A stretch of 63,327 nt of DNA, the filler included, from Welwitschia mirabilis (Eukaryota): NCBI GenBank assembly GCA_051453625.1. It is 7 parts of one record of this genome, joined end to end, with 100 filler letters (N's around TTAATTAATTAA, not from the genome) between each part and the next. Parts side by side here need not be neighbours in the genome. Positions count along the whole stretch, not along the records: positions 44,599 to 54,536 come from JBOZIK010000001.1; positions 54,637 to 60,045 come from JBOZIK010000001.1; positions 60,146 to 61,794 come from JBOZIK010000001.1; 4 more parts are not named here. One strand, given 5' to 3'. Below are positions 50,525 to 61,894 of this stretch, one piece after another (positions within the stretch are counted from its first letter, which is position 1; each line of letters starts with the position of its first letter). The position numbers and the translations under genes were made by a program. The notes under the pieces are model-generated. The model saw nothing but the letters and a program-made list of their open reading frames with translations. It made no database searches and was not told where the DNA came from.

Positions 50525-53500
50525 AATTTCCACAAATTAGCATCACAAAAAATCTTAATATCCATACCAAAAGACATACAAGAACATGGTAAAAATTAAG
50601 TTAATGTTCAATGGAATGTTTTAATATATTTTGTCCTATTGCTGATTTGGATAATATAAGGGATGCTACCATATTATAAGTAGTCCATGTCATCTACCAA
50701 TTTGATTCACATTTGGCATCCTTGTTGGCTTCACCTATTATGTCATTTGTACTATCGTCTAGATGAGAAGGTAGATGATATGCTTTAACAAGTGTTTCTT
50801 AAATGTCTTAGTCTTAATATTTACAAGAAATCTATCTCAGAAATAGAAAATATTAGGAACTACTATGAATGTTATAAAATGTCATAGAGATTAAGTGTTT
50901 TTATATCTTTCATCCCTACTCTCCATTATCATGGAAATTCTAGCATAAACCTATTTAATATCTTGCAAAACTACTCAAAATACACTATTAAATATATGCA
51001 ACTTAGCAGAATAACATATCCTTCCTCTTAGTCTTATCAATCCATGACAAAACTAGGTGGTAAACCATGATTACAGGCTAACTTATTTAACAATAAAAAT
51101 AACTAAGATACTAAAGAAATTATCTCAGAAAATTTTTTAAAAATTTTAGAGCTATAAACTAAATCATGAGAAATCAAAAAACTAAATATTTTACCTAATT
51201 TAAAGAGTAGCCATACTATTATTTGGTCATCTTCTAGATAATAAGGAGGATAACAAGCTTAAAAAATGGTCTTTAAAAATAGAAATCTATGATAGAATTT
51301 TTTAATACAAATAATCAATTAATTCATTAAAAACCCCTCATTAAATTATGCAGTAATGAATAAAAAGATCTCCAAAATAAAATTAAACCTTAGAAATCAT
51401 ATAAAAATGATAGATTGTCATAAAAATTAGATAAAAATAAATACACCATGCTAAATCAAAAAATGATATGTATATATAATAAATGAGTTTTAGTACAAAA
51501 ATACATAGAAGGGGAGATATAGAATATCACAGAATTACTCCCCTCATCATCACATTATAAATTTTATCTAGGTAATCATTTTAGGTGCAAGGGGAGAAGA
51601 AGGAGAATTCTCAGGATCAGCAAAAAAATAAAGATCCAAAGACATAGAAATGGACTACACTGTCTTGTCACCCTGAACATGTACAATCTCTAGAATATTT
51701 GTTGTCACACTTTGCTGAATAGAGATAATGCATTGATACATGTCAACAATCCAGTCCTTAAAGTGTTAGATTCTCCTCTCAATAGTTACAATTCTCTTAT
51801 CTAATGTCTGGATCCTTTAATCTAGTTTTTAGATATCTCGGCCCATGAAACTACTCATGGTTTTGGTGGTTTCTACCAAAAGGTCCTATATCTACTCAAG
51901 AGTAATCCTAACTTTAGGTCTATATACCTAAGATCACTTTACTTCTCTTGATACTTGTATGCCCATATCCTGTAAATAGCAATCTAAAATCTAGATATGA
52001 AATAAGCACTACTCATCCATAGGCTCTGATATCCTAAATCATCTAAAAAGAGCTAAGATAAGGCATGGGTAACCTAGAGTCTATAGCTATCATACCTTGA
52101 CCATGGATCTAAGTCTCCTCCAAATGAATGTTGATAGGTTCATCTGCTCTTTCTATCTAAAAGTAGTCAGTATCTATAAATGTGTGATCATGGCATGACT
52201 ATCATGAATTGATGGGCTGATGTCATGAATTAGCCCTCTATGAAGTACTCTATATGCGAGATCAGCTATGTGACAAGTATCCCCTACCTATCTGTTATCA
52301 GATCTGCCAAAATATCTAATGTGGTGTCATATGCATGGCACCTTTTAGTCCCTTTGGTAGAATAAACATGAAGACTCCCAATCTTGCTAAGATCTATGAC
52401 TACTACAATGTGGGATGGGGGGATCATAATCTCATGGTCATGAACATAAGCTACAATTATATTCATTAGATGACCACAAGTATTTAGTCATCACTCTATG
52501 TGCATGGTGTCATAGAACTCTCTCATCTTAGAGATCTATGAGCCTCTAATCAACATTCGATTCTATGCAGCTCATGAAGTCCCCAAAGTATCTCTTAACA
52601 GAGATACTAGTTGTCTATATCATCAAGGATCATTTGTGTCAAGGTGGTGGATGAACTATCTCTGTACACTCTACCTCTAGTGGTACTACTAGGTTTGCCT
52701 CCTCCTCTATGACTTTAGTTTTTGTCTCAACCTATCTAGATCTATGTATATAGGGCCTACTCAATCGAATATACATAAAAATATTATGCGAGAATGGTAA
52801 ATATGTCAAATACGTCACACAGATGTGTAATAACAAATCCTAAAATTTGATAAAAAATAATAAAAATGATGAAAATACATCCTATCCCCCAAAATATTGT
52901 AATACATTTTGAATTTTCTGAATATAAGAAGAAAAATATGAAACGTGTGAAAAATGGAAAAGCAGTGTTTTAAGTAGGCCCCACATATGGTAAAAATTCA
53001 AAGTGCTCAAATGAAAAATCTAATCTAGTAAAATCATAAAACAAATTAAACCAATTAATTTTGCCTAAAGGATAGTACATTTTAACTTAAGATTTATGAG
53101 AGAATAAGTGTAAAAGATGGAAAATTAAAAAGAACTCCTTATAAAATGCACAATTGATCATAACTTACAAAATACATGTGAAATTCAAATCTATAAGTTC
53201 CAAATTAAAGAGCATGAAAAAATCATAAGCATATGTGAAAACTACATATCAAAAGAATAAAAAACAGGAGAAAAAAATTAAAAAACAAGAGCTAGAGAAA
53301 AATGTACCTCATTTTGAAAAATTAATTAAGAACTATGAAATCTGGACACTAAATTGATTGAAATAAGATCCAATGTACTAGTAAAGTTTAGATGGGTTAT
53401 TAATTCTTAAAGGAAGAGCAAAAAAAATAAAGAAATAAATAAAAATAAAGAAAAAGTTTTGGAACATGATTATATTACACTATTATCTGGTCACGTCATT

Positions 53501-54536
53501 TAGATAATAGCCCTTAGATAACTCTTAAAAAATTAGATTGTCCTCTTCCTAGTATCATTTAGATGACTAGGCAGATGATAGGATATGAAAAAGATTAGCA
53601 AAAATAAATATGTTAGAAAATAAAATTAGGCTCAAGTACAATCATCAAATTATCATATTTTATCAAAAAGCTCAGGAAAAAAAAGTAAATGAGAAAGAAA
53701 ACCAAGAAAATTGGGATGAAGTATAAAAACTTAAAATAAAAGAAAAATTATGGCTAAAGAAAATAAACTAACTAGGCTGACACCTACCAATGAAAACTAG
53801 ATAAATGTACTCAAATTGAAAAGTAAAATAAAAGATAGCATAAAACTCTAAAAGGTACAAGAAATCTCATAAAATCTATGAAATGAAAAGATGTTATAAT
53901 GAATTCAAATGCTAACAAAAAATGAATGAACATTAATGAATATAAAGAAAACTACTAAATAATAAGGTCTTATATAAGAATGGAAAAAAATGCAAAAACA
54001 ACTTTAAAATAACATACTAAGAAACCAAAGAAAAATAGACTAAAAATGGATACAAGGAACAAGGAGAAAATTGCTTACCTATCCTAAATTTTAATCTAGA
54101 AAACTCCCAAGGAAGACATCATAAAGCCACATAAGTAAGAATGTACAATAAAATGTATAAAGTCTATAAAGTTCCATTGAAGAGGGCAGTGATTATGATG
54201 ATACTAAAACTCAAGTGCTTAGGTCAATAAATGATGAGATCAAAATCTACTAAGAGATGAACTCACTTATTCTTATGTCATAAACACACATGAATTCTCA
54301 AAAGTAAAATAGCCATGTAGGAATACTAAGAGTCTAGGAAATAAGTAATGCCTATGATGACACTAGGAATACCACTGTTTCCATAGTCCCAAATTCTATT
54401 ACAACTTCTTCCATGATGAGGGAAGTGAAACCATAGTCAAAGGAGTAAGAACCTGCAAAGCATGGCTAACTAACCCCCTAGTGGATTTTCCATAACTACC
54501 AACACTATCAAAGGTTCCTCTCATAAAAATTTACCC
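50525..54536 (-). mobile_element. 3' internal region of an Athila-like element (post-pol spacer, env-like ORF, 3' UTR)
   Basis: ~54440-54536 is a reverse-complement homolog of the post-integrase spacer at ~28700-28790, and the region contains the ORF remnant below. Confidence 0.65.
51570..52745 (-). pseudogene. Athila env-like ('plant transposon protein'-type) ORF remnant
   Basis: HDISPSIHDSHAMITHL*IL...QMNLSTFIWRRLRSMV...TLGYPCLILALFR (~52040-52230), then a coiled-coil-like and Pro/Ser-rich end. Confidence 0.65.
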
Positions 54537-54636
54537 NNNNNNNNNNNNNNNNNNNNNNNNNNNNNNNNNNNNNNNNNNNNTTAATTAATTAANNNNNNNN
54601 NNNNNNNNNNNNNNNNNNNNNNNNNNNNNNNNNNNN

Positions 54637-55127
54637 TGTAATGAAGTTGGATTGGGGACGTGATCTAGAAGCACAGAAGTAAGCATCTCTTAGAGAAACA
54701 TAACAAGTTATTCTTGAAGACTCGCCAAATTTGTCTTCAAATGGGAGAATGTTGGAAAAGTGAAAGGAAATTTGTCTTGTTTATACTGTAACACTATGTT
54801 TTAATGTTGAACCCCCTTTTTTGTAATGTTGTAAAAAAGAGGTTATGTTTTAACTCCTTGGGGTATTTGTAATAAAAAGGGTGAAAAAAGAAAGGGAAAA
54901 GGCAAGGAGCTTTCGATATTGTCTTGGCTTGAAACCCTAAACCTTTTAAAGGTTGCTTAGGGGTTTGTTTTGTATGATTGATTCTTTTCCTTGAATGAGA
55001 TTTAAGAGCTTTGTTTGCTTCCTATGGTTTTTCCCGAAAGGGTTTTCCCCATCAATCCGTGGATGTTTTTTCTTGTGCTTGCTGTTTTGTTGTCTTTAGC
55101 ATTGATTTGCAATTGAGATTCATAACA
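54637..55127 (+). mobile_element. 3' end of a Copia element: PPT (54743-54749) and 3' LTR (54750-55127), inserted in gag of the next Copia
   Basis: GGGAGAA|TGTTGG...CATAACA. No PBS follows; N-truncated gag coding sequence resumes immediately. Confidence 0.7.
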
Positions 55128-57541
55128 GATATTGCTTGGTTGTCCTTCATGCCGAATGACAAATGGGACAAGTTGAATTCCAATGCCTTATCTTCCATTC
55201 GCCCCTATCTCAATAATAGCATTCTGAAGATTCATCCTAGAGTTCAAATTGCATAAGAGCTATGGCAAAAGTTGAAAAACAAGTACGATCAACCATCAAT
55301 GATAAATAGGTATGTGGTCTTTTGCCAAGCTTTTACTACAAAGATGGAGGGAATAAAAGTTTTGAGTCGCCTGGACAAGATGCAGAAAAATTTCTTACAA
55401 CTTGATAACCTTGAGATCACATTTATGAAAGAGATGCACATTACTACAATCCTGATTTCATTTCGTCAAAGTTGGTCAAATATCGTGACTCCAATTCTTA
55501 TATTTGCTAGTGAGAATAAGTTGATTTGAAGAACTAATTGTATTGCTACTGGATATAGAAAAGCAAAATTCATTTGGTTCCTCTAACTTTAAGAAACAAA
55601 CAAAAGCTTTGGCAACAGATAGAGGATGTTCTCCTCGATATAGGGGAGGACGGAGCAGAAGTAAAAGCAAAGCTAGATCCCAAAGCAAGGACATCATCTA
55701 TTACTACTGCAAAAAGAAAAGACATATGATAAGAACTATAAGCTCAAACAAAAACGTAAGCAGGGGGAGAAAAAGGAGGACACTGTCAGTTCTGACCCAC
55801 TTTCGGATGGCAAAGCTGATTCTGCTCTGTTAACAGATGCAGGAGACGTTAATATCTCTACGTATTCAGTTCCTAAAGTTTGAATAACTGATATCGATGC
55901 CTCATNNNNNGTCTACCCTAGTGAAGTATTCGTCTCTTCTTCTAAATCTGCCACAGATGGTTCATACGTTCGGTTGGGAGATGATCGTAGATATGAGAAC
56001 AAAGGCAACAGAACAGTTGTTTTAAAAAGGCAGATTGGCCAAACCATCACTATGACCAGTGAGTAAAATGTTGTGTCACCCTTTTTTCATTTTGAAAATG
56101 TCTTTAAGTTGGCTAACATTTTCGGCTAACATTGCCAACTTTTTACAGACATATTGTCGACTTTTTCAAAATGTCTCACACAGGTATCGTTAAAACCATT
56201 TTCCAGCATGGAAAAAAACCATTTCAATGCAATAAACCAGTGAATAGTGAGAAAACTTGAAGGAAAAATTCANNNNNNNNNNAGCATTGGCTGATTGCAC
56301 ATCTCATAAAATTAATAAGCTTTGCAATTTTTTGAGAAAAACAATTGCCGACATTTTGCTCTGACATATTATCGACACAATGGCGACATGTCTCTCTGAC
56401 ACAACTTTTTGAGTCAACCGACATTTTAATTTGCCAACATTTTACTCATTGGTCTGCACTAGATTGAACATTACCCATATAGTGGGAGTTGTCTTCCAAT
56501 TCATGAGTCATCCTAACACAAGCACTGGGAAGCCTCCAAGTGGATATTGACGTGTTAAAAGGGAACAAGACATGTGTATTTGTGTTTTGGCAGTTTTGAT
56601 TTGAGCATCACCAAATATGTCGACACTGCATATGCTAGTTGTAGAGATACTAGGAGGTTTACCACAAGGTATGTTTTTACCCTTAGTTGTGAAGCAGTCA
56701 GTTGGATGTCTCGTTTGCAATCAAAGGTAGTCCTTTCAACTACAGAAGTTGAATATGTTGCTTTGATAGAGGCTGCAAAAGAAATGATATAGTTGATATG
56801 CATTCTTAGTTGGTCTGGACTTTACCAGGTCAAATTTATTACACATTGTGACAATCAGAGTGCCCTTCACTTGAGAAAGAATACTATGTACCATGGGAGG
56901 ACAAAGCATATTGGTATAGAGTGTTTCTTGATTTGGTAGGTGTTTAACAACTAGAAGTTCGAAATGAAGAAGAACCATAGGCAAGCTAATGTGGAAGACT
57001 TGTTGACAAAGGTTATTGCTGGTCCAAACTCGAAAATAGCAAACATGTTGCAATGACATCTGTTTCAATGCATGACTTTGAGTCTCTTGCAAGCAATGCA
57101 TCTTTGTCTAGCAATTTGACTTCAAGTGTGAGCATGTTATATGTCAAGACAAATTGCCCTTATAGCCTTCTTTTACCCTCTTGTCACATGTAGGTGTTAT
57201 TTGCCCATTTTGTAAGTAGGTGGTTTATAAAATTGTTTTGAGGGACCTTTAATTTTAAAATTATAAAAGGAGACTTTAAAACCTTAATGCACTATTAGGG
57301 TTTGTAGCTATTGGGAGCTTATTCAAAACACTAGGCATGAGGAGACTCATTCTTGTGAAGTTGCTCTATGAATGCTTACATGCCTTGTTCTTCTTTCGCT
57401 TGAGATTTAATAAGAGCTTTGCACTTGGTTCTCATGGATGTTCTCTTTGTGTTAGAGGGTTTTACCAAAAATATTTGTATGTTTGGTTTACTTTTCCCAC
57501 TCCTTTTTCATTGATTACCTTTCCGCTCTCACTTCAAAACA
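55128..57541 (+). mobile_element. Tork/Tnt1-like Copia remnant: gag, protease, [integrase and most RT deleted], RT end, RNase H, PPT, 3' LTR (57135-57541)
   Basis: WDKLNSNALSSIRPYL...ELWQKLKNKY; RSRSKSKARSQSKDIIYYYCKKKRHM (decayed zinc knuckle); VRLGDDRRY; VCTRLNITHIVGVV; VSWMSRLQSKVVLSTTEVEYVALIEAAKE; LHCDNQSALHL; AAGTGTGAGCA|TGTTAT...CAAAACA. Confidence 0.88.
56057..56451. mobile_element. Non-autonomous hAT-like MITE (~395 bp)
   Basis: 17-bp TIR CAGTGAGTAAAATGTTG / CAACATTTTACTCATTG (1 mismatch); subterminal CGACAT/CAACAT motifs; flanks ACTATGAC and GTCTGCAC do not form a TSD. Confidence 0.85.
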
Positions 57542-57544
57542 TTT

Positions 57545-57750
57545 TGTTCTTTCATAGGTGCTAGTACTTCTGGTAGAACATATGGGTTTATAGGTTCTTT
57601 TATCAATCCTTGTTGTAAGTCCTTAACTTGTTTTTTGAACTTTCCTTGCTTCACTGGGCTCGTGTGGTAGGTTGCATGATTTGGGAGAACTGCACTAGGA
57701 ATCAAATGTCGGATGAAAAGTTTTGGATAAACATAAGAAGGTATTCTAAT
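57545..57750 (-). mobile_element. CRM-like (chromoviral Gypsy) RT N-terminal fragment
   Basis: HLIPSAVLPNHATYHTSPVKQGKFKKQVKDLQQGLIKEPINPYVLPEVLAPMK resembles DLIPGAxLPNxAAYRxxP...QVxxLLxKGxIRESxSP. Confidence 0.7.
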
Positions 57751-58488
57751 GCCTAAAGAAGAAAAGGAACAGGGTATTGGTTCATCTAAATAGGCAAAAA
57801 CTAAATGAATCAATTGAAAACTAAATTGTCCAGTTCCTCCCTCTCCATCCACAAAACATTTCCACTGTGCGGGGAAAAAAAATCCAAACCCAAAGTCAAA
57901 ACTTCTACCATAAGAGTGAGGGAAATACTATTTTTGTTTTTGGGTTCGAGTGGCATTTCACCCCTAACCACAACTCATCCGCTGATTTTGCAACATCAGT
58001 TAGTTTAGACGTCTACTTAGTTTCATCCAAGCTTCATCCTATCCCTTCGACATCTAAAGGCTTCTTTAAACATGTACTGGCGATTATTACATACAATATG
58101 TCTATGTACTTCAAATTGTTTTTCATTTGAAAAAGGGTTTTCATCATGATATCCTACATTTTTTAGGGGAGCTAGAGAAAAATCCGAGGAATTTGTTTTG
58201 TTTTTTGGTTGGCAATCCTTTGCTATGAGGTAAGTCGTTTAGTATGTCTGCTACTAACATATTTGATATCTTCTTCAACAATGCGTGGATATTTCATGGA
58301 ATGGACCCTTTGTTTTGATTCCTGCTTAGTGGTAGGGCAACAATTTTTCACTTCCCAAGAAGCTATGGATGTGTTGCAGTGCTTGCCCTCTTGTGAGTAT
58401 GCAGCACAAATTTCGTGCTTGTTTTACTTAGGGTGGAATGTCTTTACAAATTGATGATTTTTTAGTCTTCCTCCAAGCGGCTTTATGT

Positions 58489-58950
58489 CGGTGGCCTAAA
58501 AGAGTCATGTCGAGGACACATGTCCTCATGTCGGCACAAAATGTCGTTGCAAAATGTCCGAGATTATTTGTTTAAAAAAGTGAGAATTAATAACTTCATA
58601 ATAGTCGTTAATAGTATAAGCTAAAAAGAACTAAAATGAACTAATGAACAAAGCATTTGATGTGCATAAATGAGTTGGAAGCCAATTATCATGTAAATGA
58701 CCCAAATATATCCTTTGTGATTCCTTTTATTCTCTACTTTTTGCCCATTGAGCATGACATTTTGAGTTTAAGTCGTGACACTTCCCAAACTTTTACTTAT
58801 GGCTACATGTCGCCACCTTTTTAAAAATGTCAGGGTGGGGGTGGGTTGGGGCGTTGGGAATGTTCCCCCTACAAAAGACATAAATCCTCAAGGTTTATTG
58901 TGCTACATGTCACCCAGTTTGGGAGACATGTCACCCTTTTTAAACCACTG
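58489..58950. mobile_element. Second hAT-like MITE (~460 bp)
   Basis: Imperfect TIR CGGTGGCCTAAAA / TTTTAAACCACTG; dense CATGTC/ATGTCG/GACA subterminal motifs at both ends around an AT-rich core; no TSD seen. Confidence 0.6.
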
Positions 58951-59209
58951 GTACAAACCATGGTGTACATCAAACTCCTCATAGCTAATGTATAAAATAC
59001 TGCCTTCAAGTCACGTGTCCTTCGAAATGGGAAAATCCTCATGCAGTAGTTAAATATAGCCAGCCATCATAGAACAAAAAACTCACAATACACCATGCTG
59101 AAACATTTTACTCTTTTGCCAGTGTACTGAGCTTCATCAACCATAACTTATGTTGTGACTTGTCTCTATTGGCTCACATACCAAGAATTTGTTTTGTTGG
59201 TCCAACATC

Positions 59210-59690
59210 ATTTTTGGCAAAATGGTTGGACATCACATGCTTTAAATGTTCTAAATCCTACAAATCATTCCCGACCACTAACATATTATCAATGTGACTA
59301 TTTTACTTGAAGCACTAGTATGTACATACACAAAAATGTTCAACATTACATCTTGAGTATTTTTGTTGCTACATATAATCATCAAACTTTTGTACCATTG
59401 TCGAAGAGCTTGTTTTAAGCCTACAGACTCTTTTTTGACCTTCAAACTAAGTTTTTGTTAATAATAGCATAACCCTCAAGAACTTCCATGTACATTTTCC
59501 TCCTTCAAATTACCATGTAAAAGGTTGTTTTAATATCTAATTGCTCCAACTCCATATCAAGACAACATACCCTAAGAATAGAAATATGTGTTGATACATG
59601 TTTAAGAACAAGTACAAAGATTTCGCTGAAGTCCATAGCCAGTTTCTAACTAGAACCCTTTACAACTAGCCTTGCCTTCTATCATAAATG
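59210..59690 (-). mobile_element. Copia RT fragment
   Basis: KARLVVKGSS*KLAMDFSEIF...DMELEQLDIKTTF/HGNLKEE/MYMEVLEGY...GLKQALRQWYK. Confidence 0.85.
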
Positions 59691-60180
59691 ATCACCTACT
59701 TCCTCGTTAATTACATAGACCGACTGTGTCTCAAATCCTTCTTGTTGGAAGTGAAGCCACAAATCGTTTGGTATTATTTTTTCCTTTGTAGTTTTGACTT
59801 TATATATTTTTATATAGTCCCCTCCTTCTTGTAATTTAAGATTAAACAAAGAGGAGGAAGAAGGGAAGTCTAATGGGGTCACCTAGAAAGTTCTGAAAGT
59901 TAGGGTTAGGGTTTCTACAAAAAAAATCTATATGAAGGGAACAGAGGCATGGAGTGTATGTGTAATATAGTCAAGAGTTGTAATATTGGCTATAAAAGAC
60001 GGCTTGTATCCTTCCCTTTTTTTCATTCCAATAAGAGAGCTTTGCNNNNNNNNNNNNNNNNNNNNNNNNNNNNNNNNNNNNNNNNNNNNTTAATTAATTA
60101 ANNNNNNNNNNNNNNNNNNNNNNNNNNNNNNNNNNNNNNNNNNNNATAAAATAAAAGTTTATTATCTTTAATAGTAAATA

Positions 60181-60917
60181 ACTCTCAATCCAATACAAGA
60201 AAAGGTATTGCACATGTTTGGAATCACTCTTAAACTAGATCATTGCAACACAGAAGTCTGGACTCTTCTCATCTGTGACTCTTCAAAACTGTAGCATGTT
60301 CTTACATTGGAAATCTAGTATTGCTAACTAAACTTTACACTTTCCATTTCCACACTTTCAACACTTGGAACAACTCTAAGAATGCTAACCTTCACAAACT
60401 ATCCTGTGAAAATCTTGTAGCTATCTCAAAACCTCGCAAACTCCTTAGAAACCCTAATCCTGATACACAACATTAGGAAAATACCTTAGCCTTATATTCT
60501 AGTGGATTATCAAAGTTATGTCGAAACTCCAAATGATGCCCCTTGATCTCAACAATAAAATTCTCAATGGCTCCATTCTGTTAAACATTTCATTAATCAA
60601 GTTTCTGCGATACGTCAATATGAGGAACAACAACCTTTTAGGAATTCTTCCATTTACTATTGCGTTTGTGCTGCATCTCAACACTTTCAAAATGGGATTG
60701 AATCTATGCCTCTGCTACAACATGATCATTTTGCTTTCTGTTGCTATTACTCTAACTTCAAAGAGAGGAAAATGGCCTTAGAACCCCTTATCTAGGCCTT
60801 AAATGATGACTTGAAGGGGAAAAGAGATGGGAATGAGCACTTGGACTATAGGAGATATTATATGAAAAGGGTTGTGAAGGTAGTACTTGAGTTCATTGTG
60901 TCATACTATTTAAATTA
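60181..60917 (+). pseudogene. RLP51: RLP51(SNC2)/RLP55-like LRR receptor-like protein pseudogene with an internal deletion
   Basis: N-term TLNPIQEKVL...DHCN...ICDSSKL*HVLTLEI*YC...LSTLGTTLRMLTFTNYP; terminal LRRs LDLNNKILNGSIL...YVNMRNNNLLGILPF...LNTFKMGLNLCLCYN; then KRVVKVVLEFIVSYYL (TM-like start). Matches the RLP51/55 layout as I recall it (TLDPKQ..DPC..TCD..NC..LSFLNCP; GVLPFNxxFIxxLxxFKIGGNxxLCYN). At least 5 stops plus a frameshift; no introns visible. Confidence 0.75.
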
Positions 60918-61894
60918 NNNNNNNNNNNNNNNNNNNNNNNNNNNNNNNNNNNNNNNNNNNNNNNNNNNNNNNNNNNNNNNNNNNNNNNNNNNNNNNNNNN
61001 NNNNNNNNNNNNNNNNNNNNNNNNNNNNNNNNNNNNNNNNNNNNNNNNNNNNNNNNNNNNNNNNNNNNNNNNNNNNNNNNNNNNNNNNNNNNNNNNNNNN
61101 NNNNNNNNNNNNNNNNNNNNNNNNNNNNNNNNNNNNNNNNNNNNNNNNNNNNNNNNNNNNNNNNNNNNNNNNNNNNNNNNNNNNNNNNNNNNNNNNNNNN
61201 NNNNNNNNNNNNNNNNNNNNNNNNNNNNNNNNNNNNNNNNNNNNNNNNNNNNNNNNNNNNNNNNNNNNNNNNNNNNNNNNNNNNNNNNNNNNNNNNNNNN
61301 NNNNNNNNNNNNNNNNNNNNNNNNNNNNNNNNNNNNNNNNNNNNNNNNNNNNNNNNNNNNNNNNNNNNNNNNNNNNNNNNNNNNNNNNNNNNNNNNNNNN
61401 NNNNNNNNNNNNNNNNNNNNNNNNNNNNNNNNNNNNNNNNNNNNNNNNNNNNNNNNNNNNNNNNNNNNNNNNNNNNNNNNNNNNNNNNNNNNNNNNNNNN
61501 NNNNNNNNNNNNNNNNNNNNNNNNNNNNNNNNNNNNNNNNNNNNNNNNNNNNNCAAGCTTTGTAACCAAGAATTTTTGATAGGCCTTCCTTAGACCTAAT
61601 GTAATGATTGAGGTTAATAAATAGCAATCTATTTTTTGCTAAAATGACTGTCAAAATCATACATTGTTGTGCCTCTTGTAATTATATGCTACTAGTGCAT
61701 TAAGCTTTAATAAGATACATTAACAAAATGCACTTTTCCTTCAATCTGGCTGGAATGAGAAGCTTATGTATTATAGAGTGGAAGCAAGGTGTAANNNNNN
61801 NNNNNNNNNNNNNNNNNNNNNNNNNNNNNNNNNNNNNNTTAATTAATTAANNNNNNNNNNNNNNNNNNNNNNNNNNNNNNNNNNNNNNNNNNNN

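Noticed and set aside
58210..58460. Possible LINE RNase H-like tail or host exon (track ORF 58209-58454)
   Set aside because: The motif match is too weak and there is no poly(A) tail or supporting RT.
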